Below, one piece after another: positions 42,804 to 43,762 of a DNA stretch of 43,762 nucleotides; position 1 is the first letter of the stretch; the number at the start of each line of letters is the position of its first letter. The notes below the pieces were generated by a model. The model was given only the letters and a program-made list of their open reading frames with translations, was not told the origin of the DNA and made no database searches. This stretch comes from Gaiellaceae bacterium (GTDB lineage: Bacteria; Actinomycetota; Thermoleophilia; Gaiellales; Gaiellaceae). Both the position numbers and the translations under genes were made by a program. The stretch covers positions 1 through 43,762 of the forward strand of contig JBKJML010000141.1 of the NCBI GenBank assembly GCA_046596415.1, given 5' to 3'.

Positions 42804-43762
42804 GGCTCGCTGACGAGGGCGACGTAGGCGTCCTCGAGCGTCGGTTCGCGCGAGGAGACGCGACCGACCGAGGCGCCACCGAGTTGAGAGAGCAGCGCGT
42901 GCGTCAGCTCGGTGCCGGGTGCGGTCGCGACAACGAGGATCTGCGCCTGCTCGCGGTCCTCCACCGCCACGGTGCGCACGCCTTCGACAGCGCGCAGCCG
43001 CTCGACCGCGCCGTCCGGGACGCCGTAGACCTCGATCTCGACCACGGTTCCCTCGGCGACCCGCGCCTTCAGCTCCCGCGGCGTCCCGGCACCGACGATC
43101 TCGCCACGCGCGATCACGGCGATCCGGTCGCAGAGCGCGTCCGCCTCGAACATGTAGTGAGTCGTCAGCAGCACCGTCTTGCCCGACTGCGTGAGCGAGG
43201 CGATCGTGGCGCGAAGCTCGCGTGCGCCGACCGGATCGACACCGATCGTCGGCTCATCGAGAAAGACCACCGGCGGGTCGTGGAGAAGGCCGCGTGCGAT
43301 GTGGAGCCGCTGGCGCATGCCGCGCGAGAACCCCTCGACGCGCTCCTTCTCGCGGCCGTTGAGGCCGACGAGCTCGAGCAGCTCCTGGATCCGCGCCTTC
43401 TGGTTCCTCGGCTCGACCGCATAGAGCTCCGCGAAGTAGCGCAGGTTGTCGAGTGCCGACAGGCGCTCGTAGAGGCCGCGGTCGCCGCCGAAGACATAGC
43501 CGATCCGCTCGCGTACCCAGCGCGCGTCCTTGACGACGTCGTGGCCGAGCACCCGCGCCGAGCCGCTCGTCGGGATCAGCAGCGTGATCAGCATCTTGAT
43601 CGTCGTCGTCTTGCCGGCACCGTTCGGGCCGAGCAGCCCGAAGAGCTCGCCCTCGCCGATCTCGAAGCTGACGCCGCGCACGGCCTCGACCTCGAGCGAT
43701 TTGCGCCGGATCGTGCCGGTCGTCGTCTTGTACGTGCGGCGCAGATTCTCGACTTCGACAAC
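42800..43762 (-). CDS. ABC-2/DrrA-type exporter ATP-binding protein (5' end at or beyond window edge)
   Basis: Motifs GLLGPNGAGKTT, FSRGMRQRLHIARGL and VFLDEPTIGVD. The frame stays open upstream of the listed start to base 43762 (VVEVENLRRTYKTTTGTIRRK...). Confidence 0.9.
   Translation of the reverse strand, partial: VVEVENLRRTYKTTTGTIRRKSLEVEAVRGVSFEIGEGELFGLLGPNGAGKTTTIKMLITLLIPTSGSARVLGHDVVKDARWVRERIGYVFGGDRGLYERLSALDNLRYFAELYAVEPRNQKARIQELLELVGLNGREKERVEGFSRGMRQRLHIARGLLHDPPVVFLDEPTIGVDPVGARELRATIASLTQSGKTVLLTTHYMFEADALCDRIAVIARGEIVGAGTPRELKARVAEGTVVEIEVYGVPDGAVERLRAVEGVRTVAVEDREQAQILVVATAPGTELTHALLSQLGGASVGRVSSREPTLEDAYVALVSEP

Overview
A very GC-rich window, probably actinobacterial. 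This is inferred from frequent GTG starts, 4-nt GTGA/ATGA start-stop overlaps and leaderless-looking gene starts. About 45 real genes lie under a heavy layer of spurious Arg/Pro/Gly-rich shadow ORFs.

Bases 1-29.6 kb form a dense catabolic region with no recognisable regulator gene:
- Operon A (385-9102, +): polar amino-acid ABC importer, then a three-component opine-oxidase / HCN-synthase / D-hydroxyproline-dehydrogenase-like flavoenzyme, a DHDPS-family enzyme, a VOC protein and an aldehyde dehydrogenase.
- A divergent DAO-type flavoenzyme (9112-10323, -).
- Operon B (10322-23087, +), 13 genes: a second DHDPS-family enzyme, a second amino-acid ABC importer, a class-III aminotransferase, an AcoX-like GGDGT kinase-fold protein, a GcvPA/GcvPB-like pair, two SDRs, a cupin and an LLM oxidoreductase.
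- A mixed-strand sub-cluster (23090-29642): M24 peptidase, cupin, FAD oxidoreductase, RidA, TIGR04076-like protein, LLM/F420-type oxidoreductase, an orphan family-5 SBP and a SnoaL-like protein.

Bases 29.6-34.7 kb look like an accessory patch with visibly lower GC (judged by eye, not computed):
- an orphan tRNA 3' fragment;
- a secreted DUF3494 ice-binding-like protein;
- a 3.6-kb insert carrying a single Zn-ribbon / class-III cyclase / STAND-ATPase / TPR gene, bracketed by a 46-bp direct repeat of the 3' half of an intact tRNA-Asp(GTC).

The rest of the window holds a MarP-like CvpA-S1 protease, a YitJ-like homocysteine methyltransferase/MTHFR, an SDR, an M55 D-aminopeptidase, and an ABC-2 exporter operon with one ATPase (5' end cut by the window) and four permease genes in an A-B-A'-B' pattern.

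The most interesting items:
- the integrase-less tRNA-Asp mini-island with its cyclase-STAND cargo and a 69-nt palindrome;
- the aminotransferase / AcoX-like / GcvPA / GcvPB-like module with no T, H or L partner;
- a palindromic operator-like motif shared by two distant promoters;
- an orphan plus-strand terminator in a 370-nt non-coding gap.

All functional calls rest on motif recognition by eye. No database search was run.
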